Source: Octopus sinensis (Eukaryota). Taken from it: a stretch of DNA of 64,000 nucleotides. How positions within the stretch are numbered: the stretch's first letter is position 1; each line of letters begins with the position of its first letter. This document shows, in pieces, positions 10,801 through 24,489 of this stretch. The notes below the pieces were generated by a model. That model saw only the letters and a program-made list of their open reading frames with translations, was not told where the DNA came from and ran no database searches. The position numbers and the translations under genes are program-made. The stretch is from contig NC_042997.1 in assembly GCF_006345805.1 (NCBI RefSeq), forward strand, positions 20,398,001-20,462,000, in the 5' to 3' direction.

Positions 10801-11774
10801 GCTAGGACTCATTTTAGATATAAAAATCCCATCCCTTTTTCAAGGGATAGAGCCAAGCAGCTTTCCTTTACAACTTTTATTTGGTAAAACTGTAAGACAG
10901 AGAAGCAGAAGTTTACATAACATGTTTCTCTGACATTCTTTTCCTTTTCTTGCAGAGAGCTGTTCCATATTCAAAACTTCTCTGTTGCACAGAACACTGG
11001 TAAGATTATCTAATGTTCTTGTTTGCATTATGCAAATTTCAGCTGTCACCAGAATCTGTGCTGATATTACGAATGTGTTTTTTCTGTTTATTTTCCAAAG
11101 TATCAATGACTTTGTTTTTTAATTGAATCTATTTGTCTACTTCATCATTGTTCTCTATGTTTGCCCTCCTTTTACAATCTCTGTTTGAATTATCAGAATC
11201 TTCAATATATATTTTCTTAAAAAATCTTAGAGGATGTGCGTGTTACCACCACCTTTGTGTTTAGCACCTCTTTCTTCTTCCCCTAGATAAAGAAGCTTTA
11301 TTGTTATACAAGCAAGCAAATGTTTACAAAATAAAATAATTAAAACTGTCACAACGAAGTTCTTAATTTTTCCATCCTAGAGTAAATGAGGTGGACAAAA
11401 GTTTAAGAGTTTTGAAGCTTAATAGTAATAATGATAAAAGCATGAAGGTAATCATGGTAATATATGAATTCTTTTGAGGTTGTTGCTAGGTACATCTGCT
11501 TATGGCAAATGTATAATAACAACAATATTAACAATAGCAATACTAATAGAAGCAATAATAACAATGATAATGATAGCAATAATAATAATTCATTCTACTA
11601 TAGGTACAAGACCTGAAATTTTGCAATAGGGAGGAGTTGATGTAGTTGACTGCTCTTTATTTTTATCAATCACAAAAGCATGAAGGCATAGATATCTTTT
11701 GTGGAATTAGTACTTAGAATGCAGAGCCAAAATAAATGCCATTAATTATTTTTGTCTGGCATGGTAATGATTCT

Positions 11775-12165
11775 GCCAGTTCATCACCTTCATGTTTATA
11801 ATAAGTCACAGGGAAGATCATGAAGCACAAAGATCTCAAGATAGAGATCGGTAGGATATGGAATATGAAGACCAAAATATTATTGATGATCACTGGAACA
11901 CTGAGACTCATGAAGAAAATAATTGAAAAGTTCCTCAATTGTATCCTGGGCAATATATCAATGTTGCCTGAGATAGGAATGGTAGATGTTGTCAAGAGTA
12001 CTACACATTTTGGAAGTCCTCACTTACTCTGGAGAGTGCTATCAAGCAAATGACATCTTCCCAGCACTGAGGCCCATTGTTTGGACCTTCCCCTTGCAAG
12101 ATATAAAAGATGTACAAAAAGAAAACAACAGCAATAACAACAACAATAATAAAAATAATCCTAAC
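11775..12165 (+). mobile_element. R4/Dong-type (restriction-like endonuclease) LINE 3' fragment with (AAC/AAT)n tail
   Basis: ORF 11820..12053 reads KHKDLKIEIGRIWNMKTKIL..ITGTL...STTHF..RVL, an RLE C-terminus of the KY.DL..EI...W...V.PVVIGALG...GTAHILRKVL type. Confidence 0.7.
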
Positions 12166-12780
12166 TAATATTATGCTGGACAACCAATTCTGGGATCAGA
12201 TGCTGTTGTTAATATTTCTGCCATAGTCTGCTGTTCTCTAACTTTCACTCACTCTGCCTTTCTAGTTTCTTAGGAAGAATGCCCTCCAGCATCACCTATT
12301 ATCATATACATAACAGCTCAGGTTTCTACCTTACACTACTAGTTGTACCTCTTCCTTATGTTCACACACTCTACAGGACAGAGAAGTCAGTAAATACCAA
12401 CTTTTCTCCAAAGATTTTCTGAAGTAAGGGTCCAAATCTTGAAATATTGAAATACCAGGTAAAACTATTTTTATAAATCGCATTGTTTTGGCTTCTAAAA
12501 AAATATAATTAAGATTTTATAATTTTTTCAAAAAATAAAACTTTTATATCAAATAAGTTAACATGAAAATAAATATTAAATACCTATTATTAAATATTGA
12601 ATTATCCTTTTCCCATATTTTAGCATAATTTCCCTTTTGTAATCAAATTCTATTTTGATATAAAGACTGTGTCATGTGATCACTAAGAAGCTAATCTAAT
12701 TCCAAATCCTAGAAATACATCTCCCATTATATAATTATTACACTTTTGTTAGGTGTTCTTGTAAATTCTCTTGTATCTTT

Positions 12781-13040
12781 GAACAAGTATCAACTTTCTT
12801 TGGATTGTATATTAATGCTTAAGTCTTGGAATACATATCATCCTTGTTTATATTGGGAATATTAATGCTTAAATCTCAGAACAAATATAAACCTTATTCC
12901 TTTAATGTAATAATTCTCAAATCATATAACAAGTATCAATCTTGTTTATTCCATATATTAATACTTAAATCTTTAGAACAAGCATTATCTCGTCCCTTTA
13001 ATGTATTGATACTTAAATCTTATAGCAAGTTCAAACTTTG
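12781..13040 (+). repeat. Degenerate ~48-bp minisatellite, about 5.5 copies
   Basis: Units of the form gaacaagtatcaa...tattaat(g/a)cttaaatct. The 12826..13044 ORF shows a 16-aa periodic ILILKS motif. Confidence 0.75.
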
Positions 13041-13314
13041 TTGATTTTGTGCTGTTTTGAATATCCTTTTATGTTCTTTTAAGACGTATTAAAACAATAT
13101 TTTAAATCTAAATCAACAGGATCACCTCCAGATAGTTTCTCAAAGCAACAGCTGAAGTCGCCTTAATTCCTTGACAACGGTTGAAGCAAATATGCGATCA
13201 CACTTTTGCTTGCCTACTCTGGTTAACATAAATATACGATGTAAAGCTGCCCTACATCTATCACGGACTTTTTAGTGGCTAACGTACGTTTACATTTGCT
13301 ATTGTGTACTTTAT

Positions 13315-13465
13315 CAAGGCAGTGAGCTGGCAGAATCATTAGCACGGCGGGCAAAATATTTAGTGGTATTTCGTCTTCGTCTGCCATTACGTTCTGAGTT
13401 CAAATTCCACCGAGGTCGACTTTGCCTTTCATTCTTTTGGGGTCGATTAAATAAGTACCAGTTAC
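13315..13465 (+). mobile_element. SINE family A, 3'-truncated into an (ATC)n tract
   Basis: Head and core are present; the tail is absent. Confidence 0.85.
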
Positions 13466-14261
13466 TGTCACCATCATCATCATCAGCATTATTATCATCA
13501 TCAGCATTATTATCATCATCGTCGTTGTCATTATCATTGTCATCGTTCAATGGCTTTCTTTCATGCTGCCATGAGCTTCATGGTTTAAGAGGATTTGACA
13601 AGAAAGTGGACTGCATCATACCCCAATGTTTGTTTTCACAAGGTTTCTATAGATGGATGCTTTTCCTAATGCCAAACACTTAACGAAGTACTAGGTGTTA
13701 TTTTCATGCACTAATGAGGTTGCTTTGAGCATGCAAGACTAGAGGCTTAAAGTGACCCTATAACTAAAGGAGGACAGAAGAAAAAAGTTTAGGTTAGGGT
13801 TAAGGTTAGGGATCAAGGTGGAGTAATGAGACAGCATAAAGTAAGGTGAGAAGAACAGATTTAGAGTTGTGAGAGAGTGATATTGGTGGAGAGAATGAAA
13901 GAGTAGATATTTGAGAGAGGGAGATGGCAGGGACAGAAGGAAAGGAATATTATTAAAAGGTTAGTGGGGAAAAGAGAGACAAAGTAGAAATGGGTTAAGG
14001 TAGGTTGTGTAGGAGGGGTGTGTCGAGGAACATCCTACATTATAAGGAAAGTAAGAATATAAGGTGTGAGGAAAAGGGAGCAAGAATGGAGGAAATACAT
14101 AAGAGTAACAAAAAACCCAAGGAGAAAGTCCATTGAAGAAATAAGAAGCATAATGATAGTCCAAAGAAGGAAAAAAGATGGATGTCAAAGAGGTGAAAAA
14201 ACTGTGGGGAGAGAACAGTGGGTATGAATAAGCATTTAAATTAAGTAGCTAAATAACACTT

Positions 14262-14470
14262 TCTACCATAGGCAAAGGCTTGAAATTTGGAGGGAGGGAG
14301 CTAGTTAATTAAATCATTCCCAGTACGCAACTGGTACTTAATTTATCGACTCCCAATAGGATGAAAGGCAAAGTTGACCTCAGCGGAATTTGAACTCAGA
14401 ACGTGAAGACAGATGAAATACCACTAAGCATTTCACCCGGCATGCTTATGATTCTGTCAGCTCGCCTCCT
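14262..14470 (-). mobile_element. SINE family A2 (family A head and core with a different tail)
   Basis: The reverse complement gives the family A head and core, then ...ccctcccaaatttcaagcctttgcctatggtagaaag. Confidence 0.8.
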
Positions 14471-17400
14471 TAAGTAGATAAATCTCATATTAGTTACTTG
14501 TCTAATGAGAACTAAGTTTACATAGTATTCAGAATATAGTGTTAAATATTTAAAAATACTGATGAGGATTGAAAAATATTGTAACATCACCTGCATAGCT
14601 TCTAAAACAGTGTTCTTATACCATGCTACATATTGTCAAGAATGGATGGGTTTTCTGTATCGCCCTACATTATTAATCAGTTTCTTATTCTTGCTACGAT
14701 ACTTTCTGAGCAACAAGTTCCCTTGATGGTAACAGAGGCTAAGTAATTGATTGCAAAAGTTATCAACTACTTCTTGTGAGTCATACAGGTATTCAAGGGA
14801 ATCTCTTTTCAGTGTATTTATCATACAGCTCAAATACATTTGCTATATACAAAGCTTGGCTTCTCTGTTAGTCTGCTTGTGATATCATGACATCTCTTGT
14901 GTATCCATAATTTAGATTGGGTACATCAAATGGAATTTATACCTATCCTTTTCTGCATTTTGACAATACTGACGTCCTATCAGACCGTCTTTGTTAAGTA
15001 TACCTTGAGGCCTCTAGATTCTTGGTTTTGCTTCTATGCCTGGAATTTCTTCTATAGTTTCATTCAATATTTGTACCAATTTATTTCTTAAGAGTACAGG
15101 TAAGATTTTAGAAAATAATCCCTATGGGAAGTTGAGTTAATGATCCCTTTATTTGTGGAGGGTCTAGAAACCATAATATAGGTTTTGTGTCTGGGAATCT
15201 TATAGAATTCTATGAATTTGTCATGTCAAGAACTTCTTTTGAATATTTTTGAACGTCTGGTGCTCTTTGTAGCAAAGAATGCATGAAATAAGATATATAG
15301 ATAAAGAATGTACATTATATTCTAAAGAATAACAATTATTCTTAAAATCAGTTATGAGAGTATCAGATATGTAAGATAGTCATATATGTGTACCTCTCTA
15401 GATGATTTTCTTTAATCCATTTTGGAGAAAAAAGATGCCTCATAGCACCAAGTTTATTCTTGTTTTGTTTTCTTAGAATATAATAAAATTTGAGACTAAG
15501 ATTTATTGAAAATTTATTCTATTTTGTAAACATTTTGTATTTGTATTTTTTCCTTGCAGACCATTATTATTTTCTTTGGCTACTACTGCTTCACTTAAAC
15601 ATTTTTAAGGCCTTCAGCTCAAATATCACTTCATTACCTACATTCATTACTGAATGAAAAGCTAAATTTCAGTTGGATGATAATGAAAATCAAATTGTAA
15701 TATTTCTAACATCCAAGTTCACAGAGGCCTTGAAATTTGTTCATGGACTTCAAAGGCTTTGTGGAAATCCTAGAATAAGGACTGAATTGGTGACATTTCA
15801 CTTGATTCGGTTTTTTTTTCCATCATAAATGCTTTTGGAAAATATGTTATCCTAATGAAACATTTACCTACCATAAAAATTACAAAGTGTATGTTTTTGA
15901 ATTAAACCATAATAAGAAATAAACTCTGCTCAGCTTAATTGTCTATGTCATGGCCTAAAGATTCACTGGGTTATGACATGTCATATATTTGTGAATATCA
16001 TAATCAGTGTACTCAACTCAGTAATATTGAATTGTGATCAGTCAAACTAGCATAGAAAACTGCTAGTATAGAAATGAGAGGAGTTTGATAAATATCGGTT
16101 TCATGGAGATGGTGAAGAATTATAGCTAATTCAAGAGGCAAGATAGATGATTAATATGGTTTGAGCTGTTGGACTTTGACCAAATTAAGTAGAAGGGAAA
16201 TGTTAGCAAAATAGATTAATGTAGATTAATGTATAGGAAAACGATAAATGTCAATGTAAGTGGATAGGATTTTGCTATCGTTCTCATCAAAATATAGCTA
16301 CTAACAATTTTAGCGACAATAATTTTTAAAAATCAGTAAAAAACAAGTAGTAATTTGTAATTACAAAAATGATAGATTTAAATGTCGTTTAGTAAACATT
16401 TTTTATTGTTGAAACAATATGCTATGAAGATACTTTAAAAAAACACTGTGAGGAAGGACATACATAATTATGTATATTCCTCAAAATTTGTTTAAAATCT
16501 TGTTGCTATCTCATTTTTTTTTTTTTTTGCCTTTCAACATTGCTTTGGTTGAGAAAGGATAACATTTCTGTACATTATGTAACATAGATTTCTTATATGT
16601 GTTGATCTGCAAAGACAGGACTTATTCAATTGATTCCCAAAGAATGTCTGGTATTATTAAAGGACAAGAAGTAAAGTTAGCTCTGATAGGTTTTGGGCTT
16701 AGAATTATAGACATAAAAAAAAAAACTAAATGTTGTAGGATATGTAGTTCCCTACTCATTTCTCACCTTTTCTGGACTGTATAATTTGATATACTGAAAA
16801 TATCTCCCACTGCAGAATATACACACCCAAGAGATCAATGATCTGAAAAATTACATGCATAGCATCCATTGCAAAATGAAATGTAAAAATTAGTGGATTC
16901 TTGAAAATCAGACAAGGAAAAAGTTGCAAAACTTTGATTTCAAGAGAAACACTGGTAGAGTAAATATAAAGTGAGAATGAAAACCATATTCTTGGGAAGC
17001 AGTACATCTTTAATTTAAAAGCATATCATGTAAGCCATGTACAGACTTCAATCTATTCATATATAGATTTGTATGTTATTATTGTTTGCATATTTCTACC
17101 ACATACTGTTAAAATGTAGTATTTTAGACAAAAAATCAAAACTTACAACAATCATGGGCCAGAGTTATCTGTTTATGCAGAAATTCACATGTCACTTATA
17201 ATGTAGAAATTCAAAAGATAAGCCATTACTTGCAGAGAAAGTTTATAGTTAACTGAATCAACATTCATCTAATTGACTCCAAAAGAATGGAGGACAAAAA
17301 TGAGAAGTCAAACATGCTGGGAGGAACATAATAACTGAAAGAAATTTAGTTTGACTCATTTGCATGTTTTTGAAAGGAATTTACTTTGACTCTGTGGCAT

Positions 17401-17851
17401 ATTTGCCAACCAAAATCCATTGGCTGAAATCTTATAATCTCAGTCTAAATGTAATTTGAATAAATCAGACTACACACATCACCTTACAAGCAACAGTTAT
17501 AAAATCTATCTGTTTTTCCTGAGCTCAGTTAACCACAGCAATATTAGTGATAGTATCATCATCATCATCATCATCATCATAATATTAAAGGAATACTCTG
17601 ACTATAAGATAACTCAGATGAGTTGGTAGGACACCAAGAAAAAAGACATTCTGCTAATTATAGAGTTTGTATCTTGAACCCACAGCCAAGATACTGGAAC
17701 CCCAATAGGCCATCAGTAACTAGGTGTAAGGAAATAGACCAACTAACCATCCTAGATAATAGCACAGAAATAACTGATATTACTGATGAGTATTTCATGA
17801 GTTAGCAGTGCTTAAAATAGTTTGATTCTGCATTTGGTATTAGTGTTAGTG

Positions 17852-18084
17852 AAGGTGGCGAGCTGGCAGAAATGTTAGCACACCGGGCGAAATGCTTAGT
17901 GGTATTTCGTCTACCGTTACGTTCTGAGTTCAAATTCTGCCGAGGTCGACTTTGCCTTTCATCCTTTCGGGATCGATTAAATAAGTACCAGTTATGCACT
18001 GGGGTCGATATAATCGACTTAATCCGTTTGTCTGTCCTTGTTTGTCCCTTCTGTGTTCAGCCCCTTGTGAGTAATAAAGAAATA
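17852..18084 (+). mobile_element. SINE family A, full length
   Basis: TSD ggta(t/c)tagtgttagtg at 17836-17851 and 18085-18100. Confidence 0.92.
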
Positions 18085-19035
18085 GGTACTAGTGTTAGTG
18101 GTTCTACTACACATTTGAGTTATTTGAACTTAAACATTTGTTCAGCTCTTGCATCTATTTTGCAATATCGTTTTTCCTAATAGTTTCTTTAGAGGGGACT
18201 TTACTGATCAGTCACACTCACTAACATTTGACAATTATACATTGACCTTTCTGCCTTCAGTAGTGTACACTTTACTGTGGTATTTTTTTGGCCTAAAAGA
18301 AATGTTGATGTTGATCATTGTACCATTTTTAGTGGCATTCAGCACTAGAATGAGACAAAAGCAAGTAGTTAAGCTCCTGCTGTTGTTGGTGCTTTATATT
18401 TTAACAACTCCTCTGTTTAATAAGAATAGCAATACATATATTTGTAGTATATGTTTAGCCAGTAGATGTATTTGCGTGTGTGTTTGACATCTTTTTCAAA
18501 TATTTGTTTGGGCATACTTGAATTCATGAATATACATTTATATATCATCACCATCAATAACACCATTTAATGTTTGCTTTTTTCGTGCTAGTATAGATTA
18601 TCATATGCATTTGCATAGTAAGAGCTAAAGTATTGTAGATATCATCAGGTTAGAAAGGTTAGCTGGGTCAGAGTAACAGTGATACATAGAAGCAATGATT
18701 TACTCATGAATCAATATAAAGTTGTTATCGGAGATACTTGGGAGAAAATTGCTGAATGTTTCCAAGACCTCCACACTGAAATATAATGGATCAATATGAT
18801 TTTTTTTTCTTCTTTTCTTTGTTTAGATGGCCAATTGATTTGTCTATTCCAGTTGTTAAAATTGGAGGTTTCTGTTTGTGTAAGGAACTGTTATGATCTC
18901 AAAGATTTAGAAAGTTCATTTCAATTTTGATGATCTTTTAGTTTATGCTGAGCTGTAATCATGGGTCAAGACATTTAACTCTCAAATGAACCATTCAATC
19001 TAACTGTAAATAGGTAATGTCTGTAAGAACAACTA

Positions 19036-19095
19036 ATCACTGAAGACGGTAGCAGCTCTGTAAATATAAAAATCTATATCAAAACTAGTTGTGAT
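19036..19095 (+). ncRNA. Decayed hammerhead ribozyme relic
   Basis: atca-CTGAAGA-c-ggta...tatc-aAAA-ctag-TT-gtgat. Palindromic stem III actagt as at 5729. G12 is replaced by A (CpG-type change) and stem I is offset by one base. Confidence 0.4.
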
Positions 19096-20759
19096 ATATG
19101 CAAATTCTTGAAATGATGAAACAACGATGGAAAGATGTAAGCAATGATATGTAATTAATTAATGATATCTGTGACTATTGACTGTATAATCACTTTGAAA
19201 ATTGATAAAACCTATTGTAATATATCTGTTGAGATTTTGTTGGCAAACAGACACTTTATACATTTGACAATATCACAGATTTACTGTAGCTACTATGATG
19301 ACAGAAACAAAACTTTTCTCATGTAAATAAGTTGCATTTCATGCAATGTTCAATAATATACAGGCTATATGTCGCCATTAGGTCACAGAAGCTCTATAAC
19401 AAAAACAAGATAAGCTAATTGTTGATACAGGATTCAGATTTCTGGTGCTTAGCCACTAATTTGTGGCTTGCTGCTGAGTAAATTACATCCTGAAGCAAAA
19501 GTATTTATGATGATAAAGTTGGAGAAGTGAAACAATCATTCTATGAAAATATTTCTTGTCTTTCTAACAGAGATTGTAAGCTGGTCTTGATTATGGACAA
19601 TTAGCTTGATAATCACGTACACCTATAGTTAAGGAAGTACTGATTGTAACAAAGGTAAAAGCTAAACAAATCAAATGTAAAGTGCTTTAGTGACGAAAGC
19701 ATATTGTTGAGAAAAATCTGCCAAGCTACATTTCCATTAGGAAAGTATGTTCCAATGTGTTCACTTCATCATTAGCGGACCTTTGTCTGAAAAGAAAAAA
19801 AGGAAAGAGCAATGCATATCATTAAATCAAAATGACTTGATTGGTTAAAAGTGTATACTTGGATAACAATGACAGTTATTTAGATCTACAAGATAAAATA
19901 GTTGCAAGAAAGTGGTATAGAGACATAATATTTTCTTGAGATAATTATGGGAGCTGAAGGATAAACACATACTTATTCATTTCTGTCTGATTAAAGAACC
20001 ACAAAATAAAACCCTGACACCATCTATATACTAAGTAGCACTAACTCCTTTATCTAATATGAAAATATATCTTTCTTCAGAATGTTACAAAAATAAAATT
20101 AGTTAACATTGATAAGAAGTAGAAAAGATTAAATAATTCTTTATGATATTTCAGTTGACATTGATAATCAGCCTGAGGTTCAGACCCAATCAGAATTGTA
20201 TTCACAAGCAAAAAAGAGTTGAAATATTTGTTAAGCTCATTAGTACTTTCTTAGAATACTAATTTGTTATTCTCTTTAAGAAATTTTAGCATTTTCGATT
20301 TCACTTAAGGTTGCTGGCTCCAATGTCTTTTGAAAAGTTTCTTAATAACTTAACTAAAACAGGAATTACATTCAGATTTTGCTTTTGACTTTTGTATGCT
20401 TACTTTTATTTTCCACTACTCTAGTAGTTAGGTGACTGAGTGAAATTGCCGTCACTAGCCAAGCAAAGCATTGTTTCCTTAGAGTATATTAGGAAACATC
20501 ATACTAAATCTGAGCTGTCCCAGATTCTCTTTTTAAAATGCATATTAAAGCAATAGGTTTCGATCTAAAGAAAATTTGGCTGCTATTTCTATTTCTATTT
20601 CTGAGCAGCAACATGAGACCCCCACAGTGGTTCATGAGTTTATGAGTGAGGCTATATAGGCAAAGTAAGTTCTTAGAATAGTAACTACAGATGCATCATT
20701 GATATGGAAAACAAGAAAATTATTTGGGTGTGCTATTACGAGAGGCTATTATGAAGGGC

Positions 20760-22620
20760 TGTTTAGAATGTAAAGAATGCATAGGAACAAGGTAAGCTGC
20801 CTCATATTGAGCCTACAGAGGGACCAGCAATTCAAGTTGGCAGTAGCATGATAGATAAAGGGATTCACGATATTGAGAGATGGAAAGATCCATCAGAGAT
20901 AGTTGCTGAGATGCTCAAAATACCCAACCCAGATTGTTAATCAAGTTATGCAAGGAGTGATACCCAATGATATAACTGGTATAGCAGTACCATTTTAAAT
21001 TGCCACAAAGGCAAAGGAGATGCCTTAGAGAGAAGCAATTATAAAAGAATCAAACCACTGTATCAGGTTAGGAAGGTCATGGAGAAAGTTATTGCAGACA
21101 TGACACATAACAGGGTAGACCTGGATGAGATGCAGTTTGGTGTCATGCCCAAAAGGGGTACCACAGATGCAAACTTACTCATGATGCAACTGCAGGAGAA
21201 ATACTTGTATAATTGTAAACCACTATTCCTGGCATTTGTTGACTTGGCAAAGGCATTTGAAGGGTACCATGTACAGTAGTTTGGTGGTAACTAAGGAAAC
21301 TAATCATAGATAAATCGCATGTGAAGGTAGTATAAGCCATGCACAAAGATGCAATAAGTAAATTGAGAGTCAACTATGATTTTAGTGAAGAATTTAACTA
21401 GAGGCAGGAGTCCATTAAGGTTTAATCCTCTGTTTTCCCTTAGTCAGCACATTCCAACAAGCAATCACAGGAGTGTAAGACTGACTACCCATGGGAAAAT
21501 TGATATGCTGATGATCTAGTTTTCATAGCTAAATCTGGTGGGGAATTAGAGAGGAAATTCAAAGGTGAAAGCTTAACCTAGAATCGAAAGGCCTCATAGT
21601 AAACATAGCAAAGGCTAAGATTTTAGTATGTAGAAAATAAAGACTCTGCTATCTCCAGGGAAGTGGCCATTCTCAATATGTAGAAAAGGAGTAAACTCCA
21701 TACATTGTGTCCAATGTAAGCTATGAACACACAAGGAGTGTAGTGTAATCACAAGCAGACTAACAGAGAAAGTAAGTTTCATCTGTGACAGATGTATTGG
21801 AGCAGTATGTACAATAACCTCACCAGAAATAAATTCTTGTAAATGCCTGGATTACTCACTTGAAGTAGTTGATTGCTTTTGTTATCTAGGAGATATGATA
21901 AGTTACTAAAAAGCCAGGGTAATAACAGATTGGCAAGTTCTGTTGTGTCTGGGGAGAGTCATTTTCTTTTTGTGCCTTATAATGTAATACACTCACTGGT
22001 AAAATCTCACTTTTTGTGATGACACAACAGAATATGCTTCAACACACAAACTCAAATAAAGAATCTTGCAAACCAAATTCAAAAACGAAAGATTGGCAAA
22101 TGTTCAGAAAGTTTCTACTATTATTGGCAACAGAAGTATTTTCACTCAGGATGAATGGCAGATTGCTTGATTACTATGTAAGAACTGGGATACTGCATGA
22201 TTGTGAGACATGGACTTTGAATGCAAGGGATTTCAAAATACTGGGGGAAAAAATGAGGTAAGCATGCTCTGCAGGAAGTGCAATGCAAGTGCACATGAAC
22301 AACATAGCAAAATGTGTTGAGACAAAAATTGGGTTAAAAGGAATCAGTTTTATTGTACAAGAAAAGATTGTATAGATATGTGATGCATATCGATGAGAAA
22401 AGCTATATAAAAAAAGTGCCAATCACTTACTATAGATAGAGCTTGTGCGAGAGGGAGCCATTGGGAGACATGGCATGAAGTCATGATGGCTGATTTCAGG
22501 ACCTTGAACCTGATGAAGATGACTAAGGACCAGGATGATTGTTCCTTTGTGATTCTCAAGAAAACATACATTACTAGATGAAACTGAGATTCTGAAAGCA
22601 CATTGTGTATAGATGAGCAC
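20760..22620 (+). mobile_element. Decayed RTE LINE covering most of the RT domain and the PHD-like finger
   Basis: KGKGDALERSNY, QFGVMPKRGTTDA, FVDLAKAFE (ORF 21079..21279), YADDLV (~21505), WPFSICRKGVNSIHC, LLDYYVRTGILHDCETW. Confidence 0.85.
21937..22089 (+). mobile_element. Short retroposed insertion with 5' inversion inside the RTE LINE
   Basis: TSD agattggcaa at 21927-21936 and 22090-22099. The left part matches ~47155-47225 directly; the right part is the reverse complement of ~47096-47165. Confidence 0.75.
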
Positions 22621-23199
22621 AACTGACCCACCACTTCATTCACTTTTCTCCTTATGAAATTTCCACCACTTTTCATTATTTTAACAACACTATTTTGCTG
22701 CTGTAATTAGATGTGAGTAGAAACTGCCTACTCCAAATTTTTCATGATACCACTAGTCCCTGGAAGCATTTCACTGTTACATGTCTTCTATTCTTAATGC
22801 TGTCTTCACTCACATTTACACTGATCACCCTCCTAAACCACCAAATTATTTCTCCTCTACAACCATATATCTCCACCCCTTCCATTCACTATGTCATCCC
22901 CACGTGCTAACAACCTGCCCAACAACATGTCATCTCCCTCTCTTTCAACCATCCTCTCTTTTTTTTCCCTGTCAGCTGTATCAGTATAATTATTTCTGTT
23001 CTGTTACTCTTCATTCCTGTACTGTACTGTTAGTCATCTCTCCTCTACTTCCCCCAACTTGTGTATCATTGGGCACCCTTCAACCTTACTTAATTTCTAC
23101 AGTTGTCATCTACTCTTCCCTCTTCCCTATATCCCCTATTATACAAGCTGTTCCAAGTTTCACCCAGAAAACTCAAGTAACAGCAAGTCAGACATTTTA

Positions 23200-23436
23200 C
23201 TATGGGTGTTATTTGTGATAAGCAAAGATTTTGTGTATGTGAAGGAGGCCAGAATCTGAGAACTAAGATTCTGTTAAATCTGTAATATTTTGATAGAGTT
23301 TCAAAAGAATCAAGCATTTTCAGGTTGGCAACATTTTTCTTAGGATGCGAACAGTATCCCTGAGAATATTTTTTTGCAGTTCTGATACCTTGGGGTTTTC
23401 AGATATTTGGCCATAATGTCTAAGGTTGCCTTTTAG
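23200..23436 (-). mobile_element. R4/Dong-type LINE 3' end adjacent to (AAT)n
   Basis: The minus strand reads PKVSELQKI...G(T)VRILRKML with a frameshift, a GTAHILRKVL-like end. A TAT tract lies at 23437-23450. Confidence 0.55.
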
Positions 23437-23661
23437 TATTATTATTATTACCTTTCATCTTTTCGATATAATCGACTTACTCTGGCCCTCAGAGTTGCTG
23501 GCCTTGTGCCAAAATTTAAAACCATTGTTTTACAGTAGCAATATACAGAAATTTAGTGGTCACTAAGTGTGACGATGTTCTCAAGTAAATTTTAGGTTGC
23601 AATGAAGATGAACTAGCTGGTCTATTTCAGATGACATCTGAGCATAATACTACTACTATAG

Positions 23662-24003
23662 GAAAGCACATGGTTCAGTGGTTAGAGCATCTGGCTCACA
23701 ATCATGTGGTAATGAGCTCTGTTCTTGGACCAGACTCTGTGTTGTGTTCTTGAGCAAGATACTTTATTTCATGTTGCTCCAGTTAACTCAGCTGTAGAAA
23801 TGAGTTGCAATGTCCCTGGTGCCAAGTTGTATCAGCCTTTGCCTTTCCCTTGGATAACGTCAGTGGTGTGGAGGGGGGAGACTGGCATGCATGGACGACT
23901 GCTGGTCTTCCATAAACAATCTTGATTGGACTTGTGCCTCAGAGGGGAACTTTCTGGCTGCATCCTATGGCCGTTAATGACCGAAGTGGGGCTTTACTCT
24001 CCT
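23662..24003 (+). mobile_element. SINE family B, full length
   Basis: Aligns with 3991-4329. TSD tactactatag at 23651-23661 and 24004-24014. Confidence 0.88.
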
Positions 24004-24169
24004 TACTACTATAGACAATTTCCAGAAATCCCTAGCCTGGCAGTGCTAGCAAGGATCACAACCAATTTGAGATAAACTTTCCAGAAAAGGAGTTGCCATT
24101 GGTGGTCAGGGTAATCCTGGATTTGTGGGATTCCTTGATTGACCCTCGCTGGAGTTTCTCCTATATCTG

Positions 24170-24375
24170 GTAAAGGCACATGGCTTAGTGTTTAGAATAG
24201 TTGTCTCATAATGGTAACATTGTAAGTTCAATTCCTGGTGATATGTTGTGTCCTTGAGCAAGACTCTTTATTTCTCATTGCTCCAGTTCACTCAGCTGGC
24301 AAAAATGAGTTGTACTTGTATTTCAAAGGGCCAGCCTTGTTGCATTCTATCATGCTGAATTGACTTGAGAACTAC
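24170..24375 (+). mobile_element. SINE family B variant (same core, different tail)
   Basis: A box tggcttagtg, B box gttcaattcc, core tgttgtgtccttgagcaagac...ctccagttcactcagctg. Confidence 0.7.
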
Positions 24376-24489
24376 ATTAAGGGTATGTATGATTGTGGAG
24401 TGCTCAGCAGACACAATATCACCTTCTTCAGTGCCTGCTCCCCTCTCAAAGATTCCTTGCCTTGAAAGTTATTTGGTGATCCTGCCAGT

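Noticed and set aside
12781-13040. Regularly spaced repeats as a CRISPR-like array (also the RTE UTR subrepeats)
   Set aside because: Eukaryotic context, whole units are homologous with no unique spacers, and there are no cas genes.
14547-14580. CTGATGA-ggatt-GAAA hammerhead-like string
   Set aside because: No real stem II and no stem I pairing.
15945-15979. 12-bp hairpin atgtcatggcct/gggttatgacat
   Set aside because: Too short for a pre-miRNA, and it matches no miRNA I recognise.
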